Assembly (NCBI GenBank): GCA_965116875.1
Contig: OZ220733.1
Span: 832,001 to 896,000, forward strand
Direction of reading: 5' to 3'
DNA from: Candidatus Latescibacterota bacterium
GTDB lineage: Bacteria > Latescibacterota > UBA2968 > GCA-2709665
DNA length: 64,000 bases
In this document: positions 1 to 9,133 of the stretch, in pieces
How positions within the stretch are numbered: position 1 is the stretch's first letter
Layout of the letters: each line of letters starts with the position of its first letter
Notes under the pieces: model-generated
The model's database searches: none
What the model saw: the letters and a program-made list of their open reading frames with translations, nothing else
What the model was told of the DNA's origin: nothing
Made by a program: the position numbers and the translations under genes

Positions 1-111
1 CGGCGTTGGTCAAACCCGCCCGTATAGACAAATATGGGCGGATTTTCCCGCCTTGACCGCCACTTTTTCGCTCGCGCTCGAGAACTCACCGGTAATTTTA
101 AAACAGCTTCT
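1..111 (+). mobile_element. MITE-like element, family A (partial, cut by window edge)
   Basis: Near-identical to 4062-4172; ends in the TIR AATTTTAAAACAGCTTCT. Confidence 0.8.
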
Positions 112-1522
112 CGTCGCGCTGTTTCTCCTGCTCTCGGAGCCGGCGCACGCATTCGATCCGGAACTCTGGACCCACTTTCCCAACATGAACTCGGTTACGG
201 CCCTGGCTGAAGGCAACCAGTACATCTACGTGGGTACCGAGGGGGGCATCCGGCGTTACGACATGTACGGGGAACGATGGCACAGGCCGCTGACCGTCCT
301 GGACGGCCTGCCCGACAATCGCATTCGCGCCATTGCCTACGACGCCGGAACCGGCGAACTCTGGATGGACACGCCGTCGGGTGCGGCCCGCTGGCTCACG
401 CGGCTCGAAACCGTTTCGTATTTCGGCGACGATCCGCCCCCGCGCCGTCCGCCGGCAACGATTCCGCCGGTCTACATGCCTTTCGGCTTCTTCCTCGAGG
501 GGGGATGGATCCGCGGTCCGCGAAGGAGCTATCCCATCACGGCGACGCTGATGGACACGTGGCAAACGCTGTGGATCGGCACCGGCGGACTGGGCATCGG
601 CAAGGCGAACATGACGGACCGGCAACTCGAGTTCCACGCTTTCGGGCCGCTCGACGAGAATATCACCGCCATGGCGAGAGACGGGGACAGCATCTGGTTC
701 GGAGGCAGGGGCGTCTACGGTATCAGGGAACAGGGAATAACGCGGTACCATCTCTCAACCCAACTGTGGGAATACTTTGAACCTGAGCATATCATGGGTC
801 TGGACGAGGCCCGTATTTCCGCCATTCTTCCCGACAGCGCCACTGTCTGGTTCGGCGCCTGGAACGGACTCATCCGATACGTCCGTCGCTCCGGACAGTG
901 GATAACCCATCGTCTCCCCGGTCGTCGGGGAGTCACCGCCCTGGCCAGAGCGGGCACCCGGGTCTGGATCGGCACTCAGGCCGGGCTTGCCGTGTTCGAT
1001 ACGCGGGCCGACACCATTCGCTGGGTTGGCGGCAGCGAGAGATTCGCCATCCAGGCCATGGCCGCGGGCGCCGGCTACATCTGGGCCGGCACGCATCTGG
1101 GGCTGTTTCGCTGTCCCGTCAACGACGTGAACTGGACGCCCGTCCGGAGCCCCGGCGGACTCACGTCCCGGCCCGTCAGCGGGCTGGCCGTTTGCAGGAA
1201 CCGCGTGTGGGCGGCCGTTGAATCGCCGTCCGCGCTCCTTCATCTGGCCGCGCCCGACTCGGCATGGCAGCGATTCGCGCTCGCCGAAATACAAGGCGAC
1301 CGTCACGTTTCAATTGCGGCCGATACCAGCCACGTATGGCTTGCGACCGACCTCGGCGCGTTTCGCTTCGAAATCTCCACGAAACTCTGGAAGCGCTACA
1401 CGCAGTCCGGCGGCCTGATCGACGACCGTACACAGGCCGTGATCCTTCAGGACGACTACGTCTGGTTCGGCACGGAGAATGGCGCGAGCCGTTACAACTG
1501 GTCGCAGGACTTTTTCCGATAA
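53..1522 (+). CDS. Secreted beta-propeller protein (two-component-regulator propeller-like repeats); start uncertain
   Basis: Signal peptide ...LLVALFLLLSEPAHA; repeated (I/V)W(F/I)GT-GL motifs, DGLPDNRIRAI, GGLIDDRTQAV. Confidence 0.75.
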   Translation: MTATFSLALENSPVILKQLLVALFLLLSEPAHAFDPELWTHFPNMNSVTALAEGNQYIYVGTEGGIRRYDMYGERWHRPLTVLDGLPDNRIRAIAYDAGTGELWMDTPSGAARWLTRLETVSYFGDDPPPRRPPATIPPVYMPFGFFLEGGWIRGPRRSYPITATLMDTWQTLWIGTGGLGIGKANMTDRQLEFHAFGPLDENITAMARDGDSIWFGGRGVYGIREQGITRYHLSTQLWEYFEPEHIMGLDEARISAILPDSATVWFGAWNGLIRYVRRSGQWITHRLPGRRGVTALARAGTRVWIGTQAGLAVFDTRADTIRWVGGSERFAIQAMAAGAGYIWAGTHLGLFRCPVNDVNWTPVRSPGGLTSRPVSGLAVCRNRVWAAVESPSALLHLAAPDSAWQRFALAEIQGDRHVSIAADTSHVWLATDLGAFRFEISTKLWKRYTQSGGLIDDRTQAVILQDDYVWFGTENGASRYNWSQDFFR

Positions 1523-1694
1523 CTTGTTGTTTTTCGGCTATCAAGTGTCAACCTGTCTTTTTCGTGATCGAAAAAAATACGTGACACGAAAGGGCATTTT
1601 CCTTATCTTTAGAATTGGCACATAACGTAACTTTAGCGCTTGTTACCGAACGGTCCTGATGATCTTTCCCCTATTTCATCTGCTAAGCTGAATA

Positions 1695-1748
1695 ACAGCG
1701 GCCACCTCGGGCGTCTCCGTGCGCCCGAGGTGGCCGCTGTCGTGTTTT
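1695..1748 (+). terminator. 19-bp perfect hairpin with short T tract upstream of the BMC gene (terminator/attenuator)
   Basis: ACAGCGGCCACCTCGGGCG / CGCCCGAGGTGGCCGCTGT followed by CGTGTTTT. Confidence 0.6.
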
Positions 1749-1773
1749 CACAGCTGGCACTCCGGGTTCCGAT

Positions 1774-2223
1774 ATGGCCAAGAACGCATTGGGACTGATC
1801 GAAACACGTGGTTTCACCGGCGTCGTCGAAGCGGCCGACGCCGCCGTGAAGGCCGCCGCCGTCGAACTCGCGGCCGTAGAAAAGATAGAGGGAGGCCTGG
1901 TGTCCATTCGGATCCTGGGCGACGTGGGGGCCGTACAGGCCGCTGTTCAGGCGGCTGCAGAGGCTGCGGATCGGGTCGGCCAGCTGGTCTCGCGGCACGT
2001 GATTCCGAATCCTCACGACGATCTGGTCGACGTATTCCAATTGGACGGGCAGCAGCCGCGTCACCAGGTTCATCCGGACATCAGCGGTCTCTCGGTAGTA
2101 CAGCTCCGCCAGCTGGCCAGACAGACCTCGGGTCTGTCCATCAAGGGGCGCGAGATCTCTCGTGCCACCCGCCAGGAATTGGTCCAGGCGCTCCGCAGCG
2201 CGAATGCCAACGTCGACACGTAA
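1774..2223 (+). CDS. BMC-H microcompartment shell protein with C-terminal helical extension (PduK/EutK-like architecture)
   Basis: ALGLIETRG...EAADAAVKAA...GDVGAVQAAV...HVIPNPH BMC signature; tail LSVVQLRQLAR...GREISRATRQELV. Confidence 0.9.
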   Translation: MAKNALGLIETRGFTGVVEAADAAVKAAAVELAAVEKIEGGLVSIRILGDVGAVQAAVQAAAEAADRVGQLVSRHVIPNPHDDLVDVFQLDGQQPRHQVHPDISGLSVVQLRQLARQTSGLSIKGREISRATRQELVQALRSANANVDT

Positions 2224-2240
2224 TGCCGAAGGAGTCCCGG

Positions 2241-2585
2241 ATGGATACAGACACGCTCTGGGCACGCATTAAGAGAGGGATCATCGACAGTGCTTCAACG
2301 GCAGCCCACAAGGCCGAACACCTTGGGAAAATCGGTCGAGCCAGGCTCGATATCGCCGGAACCCGCCATGCCATACACGAAGCGTTCGCAGAATTGGGAG
2401 GCGCGGTCCACGCTCACCTGTCCGGGGGTGGTGAAGCTGACGTGGCGCAGGCCGGCGACGTACAGGATCTGGTTCGAAGAATCAACGAACTTGAAACCCT
2501 TCTGCAGGAGCGGGAAACCCGTCTGAACAATCTGAAAGCCGGCAACAATCAGGAAGAGGAGAAGACCGAAGAAGCGGAGAGTTAG
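2241..2585 (+). CDS. Small coiled-coil hypothetical protein
   Basis: AAGGAG SD before ATG 2241; helical heptad-rich sequence; fills the gap between BMC and DegP. Confidence 0.7.
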   Translation: MDTDTLWARIKRGIIDSASTAAHKAEHLGKIGRARLDIAGTRHAIHEAFAELGGAVHAHLSGGGEADVAQAGDVQDLVRRINELETLLQERETRLNNLKAGNNQEEEKTEEAES

Positions 2586-2613
2586 TGTTTTCGGTGTTTT
2601 CGGTCTTTTCGAG

Positions 2614-3999
2614 ATGACACCCCAACCCCCGCGCATTTGCCAGGCTGTCTTCTTTGCAGCGCTCTTCCTGTTGCGGTTTGAGACTGCATGGGCCGACAGT
2701 CCCGTACGGTCGTTTTCGAATGTCGTCAGGCTCGTAAGGCCCGCGGTTGTCAGCATATCGGCCAACACCCCCTACGGCAGGGAGATCTCCCGGTCCGGGT
2801 TGCGCCGGGGGCCGTCCGCGTTGCGTTACGGATCGGGCTTTGTCCTGGACGCAACCGGACATATCCTGACCAGCAACCACGTTGTAGACGGCGCAGTCGG
2901 TATTCAGGTGGGCTTTTCCGACGGCACGGAATACGCCGCGGAAGTCGTCGGGCAGGATCCGGACACGGACCTGGCGCTTTTGCGGCTTCGTTCCAACGAT
3001 CCGATCCATCATTCGCGCATTGCGCGACTGGGCGCTTCAGATTCCGTGCAGGTCGGCGACTGGGTGATGGCCGTTGGCAGTCCCTTCGGCTTTCACCATA
3101 CTGTCAGCGTTGGCGTGATCAGTGGCAAGGGACGGCATCTGGAGCGGATTCAGGGCGATATTCCGGCGCCGCCCTTTCAGGATTTCCTGCAGACGGACGC
3201 GTCCATCAATCCCGGCAACAGCGGTGGACCCCTTGTCAACGGCGCCGGGCGGGTTGTGGGCGTGAATACCGCGTACAATCCCGCGGGATCCGGCATCGGG
3301 TTCGCCATTCCGATCGACGTCGCGGAAAAGGTTGCGGCGGAACTCCGGCAACACGGAGAGGTTGTCCGCGGTTATCTGGGTATCCAGCCCCAGGACCTCA
3401 CTCGCGATCTCGCGGACGCGCTGGATCTGCAGTCGACGTCGGGCATTCTGATCGGGGAAGTCCAGGAGGACGGCCCGGCGGGGCGGGGCGGACTCAAGCG
3501 GGGCGACATCATCAGGTCGCTCGACGCCAGCCCTATCCTCAACGCCCAGGACTTTCTCAACCGGATTACCAGGTACCGTCCGGGGGAGTCCATAGCGCTC
3601 GTCGTCCTTCGGGAAGGGAGACCGCTCAGGGTCTCCTGCACGCTCGGCAGGAGGCAGAAGCAGCCTCGACCACCGAACGGATTCCGTTTCAACAGTTCAA
3701 GTCGTTGGCCCGGGCTTGAGGTCAAGAATCGCTCAGATTGGGAAAGCGGCCGCCTGCAGGTGTCCAGAACCGGGCCGGGAGTCGTGGTACATTACGTCGC
3801 GCCCGGAAGTCCGGCGGAAAAAAAACAAATCGAACGCGGCGATTCGATCCTTGAAATCGACGGCGTTGCCATCTCAAACGTCCGGGACTTTCACAGGATG
3901 GTTGAAGAGATCAAGAGGGCTGTAAGGCCGGGCCTGTTCCTTGTCCTCAATAAGGACGACGGCAACACGCGGTTCGTTGCCCTCCGACCGGTGCGCTGA
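2614..3999 (+). CDS. degP: DegP/DegQ (HtrA) serine protease with two PDZ domains
   Basis: GSGF, TSNHVV, DLALL, LQTDASINPGNSGGPL catalytic motifs; two PDZ regions; signal peptide. Confidence 0.92.
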   Translation: MTPQPPRICQAVFFAALFLLRFETAWADSPVRSFSNVVRLVRPAVVSISANTPYGREISRSGLRRGPSALRYGSGFVLDATGHILTSNHVVDGAVGIQVGFSDGTEYAAEVVGQDPDTDLALLRLRSNDPIHHSRIARLGASDSVQVGDWVMAVGSPFGFHHTVSVGVISGKGRHLERIQGDIPAPPFQDFLQTDASINPGNSGGPLVNGAGRVVGVNTAYNPAGSGIGFAIPIDVAEKVAAELRQHGEVVRGYLGIQPQDLTRDLADALDLQSTSGILIGEVQEDGPAGRGGLKRGDIIRSLDASPILNAQDFLNRITRYRPGESIALVVLREGRPLRVSCTLGRRQKQPRPPNGFRFNSSSRWPGLEVKNRSDWESGRLQVSRTGPGVVVHYVAPGSPAEKKQIERGDSILEIDGVAISNVRDFHRMVEEIKRAVRPGLFLVLNKDDGNTRFVALRPVR

Positions 4000-4008
4000 A
4001 CCCGCTTC

Positions 4009-4172
4009 AGAAGGCGTTTTAAAATTCCCTGCGGTCTTCGCGCGGCTGCAAAAGCGCCGGTCGGCGTTGGTCAAACCCACCCGTATAGACAAATATGGGC
4101 GGATTTTCCCGCCTTGACCGCCACTTTTTCGCTCGCGCTCGGGAACTCACCGGTAATTTTAAAACACCTTCT
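4009..4172 (+). mobile_element. MITE-like element, family A (complete, 164 bp)
   Basis: 18-bp TIRs AGAAGGCGTTTTAAAATT / AATTTTAAAACACCTTCT (1 mismatch); other copies in the window; no ORF. Confidence 0.85.
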
Positions 4173-4396
4173 AAGTCATCTGCCGGAAACCACCCGCCCG
4201 ACTGAAAGGAGGCAATCTTATGTAGCGCTCACATGTCATCAGGACCAAATTCAGCATCAGCATGGTTCACTACGACAGTCTTAATCCCCTTCGAGAAACT
4301 CAGTCGTTTCTCCCGAACTGGTTTCTCGGCTCACAGTCCGGCTCGAAACCCCGGCCAACTGAACCGACCTTCCCCGGTGCAAAGAAAGGCTGACGA

Positions 4397-5254
4397 GTGT
4401 CTAAGCTAGCTAAAAGGCCGTACGCGCGCGAAGATGAATCCCTGGATCAGTACCTTCAAGAGATCGGAGAAGTCGATCTTCTCACGGCAGACCAAGAGAT
4501 TTCCCTCGCCAAGCGAATCAAGAAGGGAGACCAGGATGCCCTCGAGAAGCTAACCAAAGCAAACCTCAGATTCGTTGTAAGCGTGGCCAAACAATACCAG
4601 AACCAGGGTCTCTCAATGGGAGATCTGATCAACGAAGGAAATCTGGGACTCATAAAAGCAGCCAAACGCTTCGACGAAACAAAGGGTTTCAAGTTTATTT
4701 CCTACGCCGTATGGTGGATCAGGCAGGCCATCCTTCAGGCCCTTGCCGAACAATCCAGAATCGTACGGCTGCCCCTGAACAGGGTGGGCGCCCTGCACAA
4801 GATCGGCAAAGCATCCAGCGGGCTGGAGCAGGAATTCGGACGAGAGCCCAGCCCCAGCGAAATTGCCGATGAACTTGAAATGAGCGACTACGAGGTGATG
4901 GATACGCTCAAGATTTCGAGCCGGCACCTTTCGCTGGACGCCCCGTTCAGTGAAAGCGAAGACAACAGCCTGCTGGACATTCTGGAAGACCAGTTGCAGC
5001 CGCCTCCCGATGAATCGCTCATCGACGACTCGCTTCACCGTGAAGTCGAGAAAGCGCTGGCATCCCTCACGCCACGGGAAGCCGAAGTGATCAGCCTCTA
5101 TTTCGGCATCAACCGTGAGCACCCGCTTACCCTGGAAGAAATCGGCGAACGTTTCGGATTGACCCGGGAACGGGTACGCCAGATTAAGGAAAAAGCTATA
5201 CACAGACTGCGCCACAACAGCCGGAGCCGCCCTCTCAAGGCATATCTTCACTGA
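4397..5254 (+). CDS. rpoD: RNA polymerase sigma-70 factor, RpoD/SigA family (short form without region 1.1)
   Basis: [49 protein letters not shown]...TRERVRQI. Confidence 0.93.
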   Translation: MSKLAKRPYAREDESLDQYLQEIGEVDLLTADQEISLAKRIKKGDQDALEKLTKANLRFVVSVAKQYQNQGLSMGDLINEGNLGLIKAAKRFDETKGFKFISYAVWWIRQAILQALAEQSRIVRLPLNRVGALHKIGKASSGLEQEFGREPSPSEIADELEMSDYEVMDTLKISSRHLSLDAPFSESEDNSLLDILEDQLQPPPDESLIDDSLHREVEKALASLTPREAEVISLYFGINREHPLTLEEIGERFGLTRERVRQIKEKAIHRLRHNSRSRPLKAYLH

Positions 5255-5271
5255 AGACGAGATGTGTCCGC

Positions 5272-5310
5272 AGCCACAGCCGGCGCCACGCGAAGGCTGT
5301 GGCTTTTTTT
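5272..5310 (+). terminator. Intrinsic terminator after the sigma factor
   Basis: Stem AGCCACAGCC/GGCTGTGGCT followed by a T run. Confidence 0.8.
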
Positions 5311-5434
5311 GCCGCGGACAATCCGGTCCTGCCTGCCCTCGCTTGACGGAAACTCTTGAAACCAATGAATCGGTGTTGCGTACAACCCTATACGAACCGT
5401 TTAACGTCTTCTTTCACCGAAAGGATTCAGCCCC

Positions 5435-5686
5435 ATGTCGAACAGCAAATCTCTGAAGACGCTCCTGGTTGTTGTCGCGTTCCTGCTGATTGCCAACCTG
5501 GTCCGGCCGCTCTGGTCTCCCGGAACCGCCCATGCCCAGGATGACGACGCAGCCCCCGGCGTAGCCATCACCGGCGCGGGGTACAGCGCCTGGATTGTGA
5601 AGGGCGGCAACGTCTACTACGCCGTCTACGAAAAGGAGTACGAATCCATCCGGATCTACGGTCCCGAAGAACTGCCTGTAGAGTGA
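5435..5686 (+). CDS. Small exported/membrane-anchored hypothetical protein
   Basis: AAGGA SD; N-terminal hydrophobic stretch and AHA site. Confidence 0.65.
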   Translation: MSNSKSLKTLLVVVAFLLIANLVRPLWSPGTAHAQDDDAAPGVAITGAGYSAWIVKGGNVYYAVYEKEYESIRIYGPEELPVE

Positions 5687-7356
5687 TCGCCGCCATGGGT
5701 CGTCATTCTGAATTGCGGAAGAGCCGGTACTCCCGCCTCCGAATCTCCGCCGGTCCACGTCGCCTGAGGCATCCATGAGGACGTTCCGGGAACAGAACCG
5801 GCTTATCGGCGCCCTCGTTTTTCTGATCACGTGTATCGCATACATCCGAACCGTTGCGCCCACGGTCACCTTCTGGGACACCGGTGAGTTTATCGCGGCC
5901 TCGTACATCCTCGGCGTGCCGCATCCACCCGGCGCGCCGTTTCATACCCTCCTGGGCCGCATCTTCACCCTCTTCGTAACACCCGAGAACGTTGCCTTCA
6001 GCGTCAACCTGATTTCGGTGCTTTCCGGCGCCGCGACAGCCGTCCTGTTATACCTCTGCAGCGTCCGGCTGCTCTCCCGCTGGCTCAGACCCGACCGTAT
6101 ATCCGACCGCATCGCCATCCTGACCGGCGGCGCGGTCGCTGCGCTTTCCGCCGCGTTCTCCACGTCTTTCTGGGCAAATGCCACCGAGGCCGAAGTCTAC
6201 GCACTGTCCATGTTGTTCACCGTCCTGGCATTCTACCTGGCCCTGCGCTGGGACGGCGCGCCGGAAGACAGGTATCGCGACCGCCTGCTCATCTTCATCG
6301 TCTACCTGTTCTTTCTGGGCGCGGGCGTGCACCTGCAGTGCCTGCTCACCGTGCCCGGAATCCTCATCCTGGTCTTCTCCGACCTGCTCAGGGACCGTTC
6401 CACGTCCACACAGGCAACCGTCGTTTTCGGGCTGACGTTATTTCCCTTTTTCTGCATCATTTCTCCGTATCAGGCAGTCACCGTCGGACTGGTACTGGCC
6501 GTGCTCGCGGCGCTCCTGGTATTACGCCCGGCATGGCGTCATCCCGCGTTCTGGCTGTGCGCCATCGGGATGATCGCCCTCGGATATTCCACGTACGCCA
6601 TGCTCTACATCCGTTCGGGCCTGGATCCCTTCATCGACATGAACAACCCGGAGACCTACGAGAATTTCAAGGCCTTCCTCACCCGCCAGCAATACGGCGT
6701 CCATTCCATCTTTCCCCGCCGGGGCGATTTCTGGGATTTTCAGTTCAACATCCATATCAAGTATTTCCTCCAGCAATTCCCGTTTTACGATCAGGGGCTC
6801 GTCGGCCGCTTCTTCTCGGAGACACTGCCCGGGTTCACGGAACGGTTTTCTGTCGGCGAGATGCTGTCCGGGACGTTCCGCAGGGCCGTGGCCAATATGG
6901 ACGGAAACCGGGAAACCATCGCGTATTCCGTTGTGCCCATCCTCCTGGGTGTCGTCGGAGCGGTCAGCCACTTCCGCAGAGACTGGAAGCGATTTGCCAG
7001 CGTGTTCTCCATGATTCTGCTCATGGGGCTTGGACTGGTGTTGTACCTGAATATGCCGGACCCCGAACCCCGCGAACGGGAGTATATCTTCGTTGGCGCG
7101 TACACGTTCTTCGGCCTGTGGATCGGCGGCGGCGCCGCTGCCCTCATCGTGGCGGTCGCGCGCGGTCGCGCGGCGGTTCCCGAGGCCGCGCTGGCCGCGG
7201 TCGTGTGCCTGGCCGTACCCATAGGCCTTCTGCAGAGCAACCACTTCGAACGCGACCGCAGCGGGGACCTTGTCGCTCGCGACTACGCCCGGAACATTCT
7301 GAGTTCCTGCGAACCCGACGCCATCATCTTCACCAACGGAGACAACGACACCTACC

Positions 7357-7415
7357 CGCTGTGGTTCCTTCAGAATGTCGAGGGACGCTCCTGGTTCCTT
7401 CAGAATGTCGAGGGA
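7357..7415 (+). repeat. Tandem duplication (29 + 30 bp, frame preserved)
   Basis: TGGTTCCTTCAGAATGTCGAGGGA twice, giving WFLQNVEG twice. Confidence 0.9.
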
Positions 7416-7891
7416 TTTCGCCGGGACGTCCGGGTGGTCAACCTCAGCCTGCTCAAAACGCCATGGTACGTCAAACAGCTGCGCGACCTGGAACCTGCGC
7501 TTCCCATCCCGATGACGGATGCATTTATTGACAAGGAGGTTGTCGCCAAACCCTGGCCGAGACGATTTGACATTCCTCTTGCAGACAGCACGATTATCGT
7601 CAAGGCCGACGACATCCCGCTCACCGAATTCCAGGTGGGTAGCAGACGCGTGAAAATCCTGGAATCTCACACACTTATGATCTGGTACCTGGTAGAAAAG
7701 AACAACTGGCAGCGTCCGATCTATTTCGCGGTAACGGTTCCCGAACGCAACATGGGAGGTCTCCGGTCCCATCTGTCCATGGAAGGCATGGTATACCGTC
7801 TCGTCCGGCAGAGGGCGCCGGGGCAATTCGACGCCGGACTGACCTCCCGGCATCTGCTCGAGAACTACCGGTATACCGGAATCGCGGACGC

Positions 7892-8049
7892 CACCGTCTA
7901 CAAGGACCCGGTTGCCCGGCGGCTCATCAGCAATTACCTGGTGATCTTCGAAGGCCTCGTGCGCACGCTGCACCGTCTACAAGGACCCGGTTGCCCGGCG
8001 GCTCATCAGCAATTACCTGGTGATCTTCGAAGGCCTCGTGCGCACGCTG
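7892..8049 (+). repeat. Perfect 79-bp tandem duplication
   Basis: 7892-7970 identical to 7971-8049. Confidence 0.95.
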
Positions 8050-8368
8050 CAACTCCAGGAACGTCCGTCCGAAGCGCTGCAGATCATCAGGGTTGCGGAA
8101 AGCACCATCCCTCCGGAAGCCGTGGGGCGGGACGTGTGGTACTCGCTGATGCACGAGAGCTACCGGAAGCTCGCCGTCAGCTTTCTCCGTGCCGGAAAGA
8201 GAGACAGCGCCAGCCTCTGCCTCGAGGAGCTGATTCGCATCAGTCCTCACGAGGAGGAAAGAGAGCAACTTCGTGAGCATCTTCAGTTTCTTGTCCCGGC
8301 CCTCCGGACCCCTGGAGAAACGGAAACGGAGACCGAAACGAAGGGAGAATAGGCGAACACGTAGAGGA

Positions 8369-8413
8369 AACAGAGACAGGCCGCCTGAATTACGCAGGCG
8401 GCCTGTCTCTGTT
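8369..8413. terminator. 19-bp hairpin between convergent genes (probable bidirectional terminator)
   Basis: AACAGAGACAGGCCGCCTG / CAGGCGGCCTGTCTCTGTT. Confidence 0.75.
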
Positions 8414-8448
8414 GTGACGATTCTCGATTCGGCGCGACCGAAACGTCC

Positions 8449-9129
8449 TTAAATCCCCCGGAGTCGACGGGCGAACCGGCGCATGAGCAGATAACCCGCG
8501 ATAAACCCGCCGATATGCGCATACCAGGCCACACCGCCGCCCACGCCGCCCGATTCGGCGGACGCGTTCACCAGCTGGATGAGAAACCAGACGCCCAGAA
8601 CGAGCAGCGCGGGCACTCGCACAATCTGGATAAAGAAGAGAAGGAAGACGAAAACATGCACGCGGGCGCCCGGAAAGCGCGCCAGGTAGGCCCCGAGAAT
8701 ACCGGCGATCGCTCCGCTGGCGCCCACCATCGGTATTGTCGAGTCGGGGTCGGAGAGGACGTGGCCCAGTGCGGCCGCCACGCCGCAAAACACGTAAAAC
8801 AGCAAAAAACGAAATCTACCCAGCGTATCTTCGACGTTGTTTCCGAAGATCCACAGATAGAGCATGTTGCCGCCCAGGTGCATCCAGCCGCCGTGCATGA
8901 ACATGGCCGTCAGAAAGGTGAGATAGAGCGGGATCGGCGTTGGCGAGATGGCATCCACGCCATGGGCGACCTCAAACGGGATCAGTCCCATTCGCAACGT
9001 GAATACGTCGAAACCGATGGACCCCAGAGAAACCGAATATAGGAACACCCCCACATTCAGAAGCAGGATGCTCACCGTGAGTACGGGGGCGCGGCGCGTC
9101 GGATTGTCATCTTTGATGGGCAGTATCAT
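8449..9129 (-). CDS. Rhomboid family intramembrane serine protease
   Basis: HGGWMHLGGNM, GASG, AHIGG motifs. Confidence 0.93.
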   Translation of the reverse strand: MILPIKDDNPTRRAPVLTVSILLLNVGVFLYSVSLGSIGFDVFTLRMGLIPFEVAHGVDAISPTPIPLYLTFLTAMFMHGGWMHLGGNMLYLWIFGNNVEDTLGRFRFLLFYVFCGVAAALGHVLSDPDSTIPMVGASGAIAGILGAYLARFPGARVHVFVFLLFFIQIVRVPALLVLGVWFLIQLVNASAESGGVGGGVAWYAHIGGFIAGYLLMRRFARRLRGI

Positions 9130-9133
9130 CTAC

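Larger units (their letters stand above)
5775..8352 (+). pseudogene. DUF2723/TMEM260-like membrane glycosyltransferase, frameshifted near the C-terminus by a 79-bp tandem duplication
   Basis: TVTFWDTGEF...GVPHPPGAP, ATEAEVYA, EPREREY, FTNGDNDTYPLW motifs; true C-terminus continues in ORF 8020-8352. Confidence 0.8.

Noticed and set aside
1640-1695. Known riboswitch (e.g. fluoride) upstream of the BMC gene
   Set aside because: Could not match the consensus of any riboswitch class by eye.
1719-2240. 5' extension of the 288-aa ORF
   Set aside because: Overlaps the BMC gene in another frame; the SD supports a start at 2241.
2586-2611. 9-bp tandem GTGTTTTCG repeats (and similar short repeats near 23930 and 41367)
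   Set aside because: Only about three units; common intergenic low-complexity repeats with no associated gene here.
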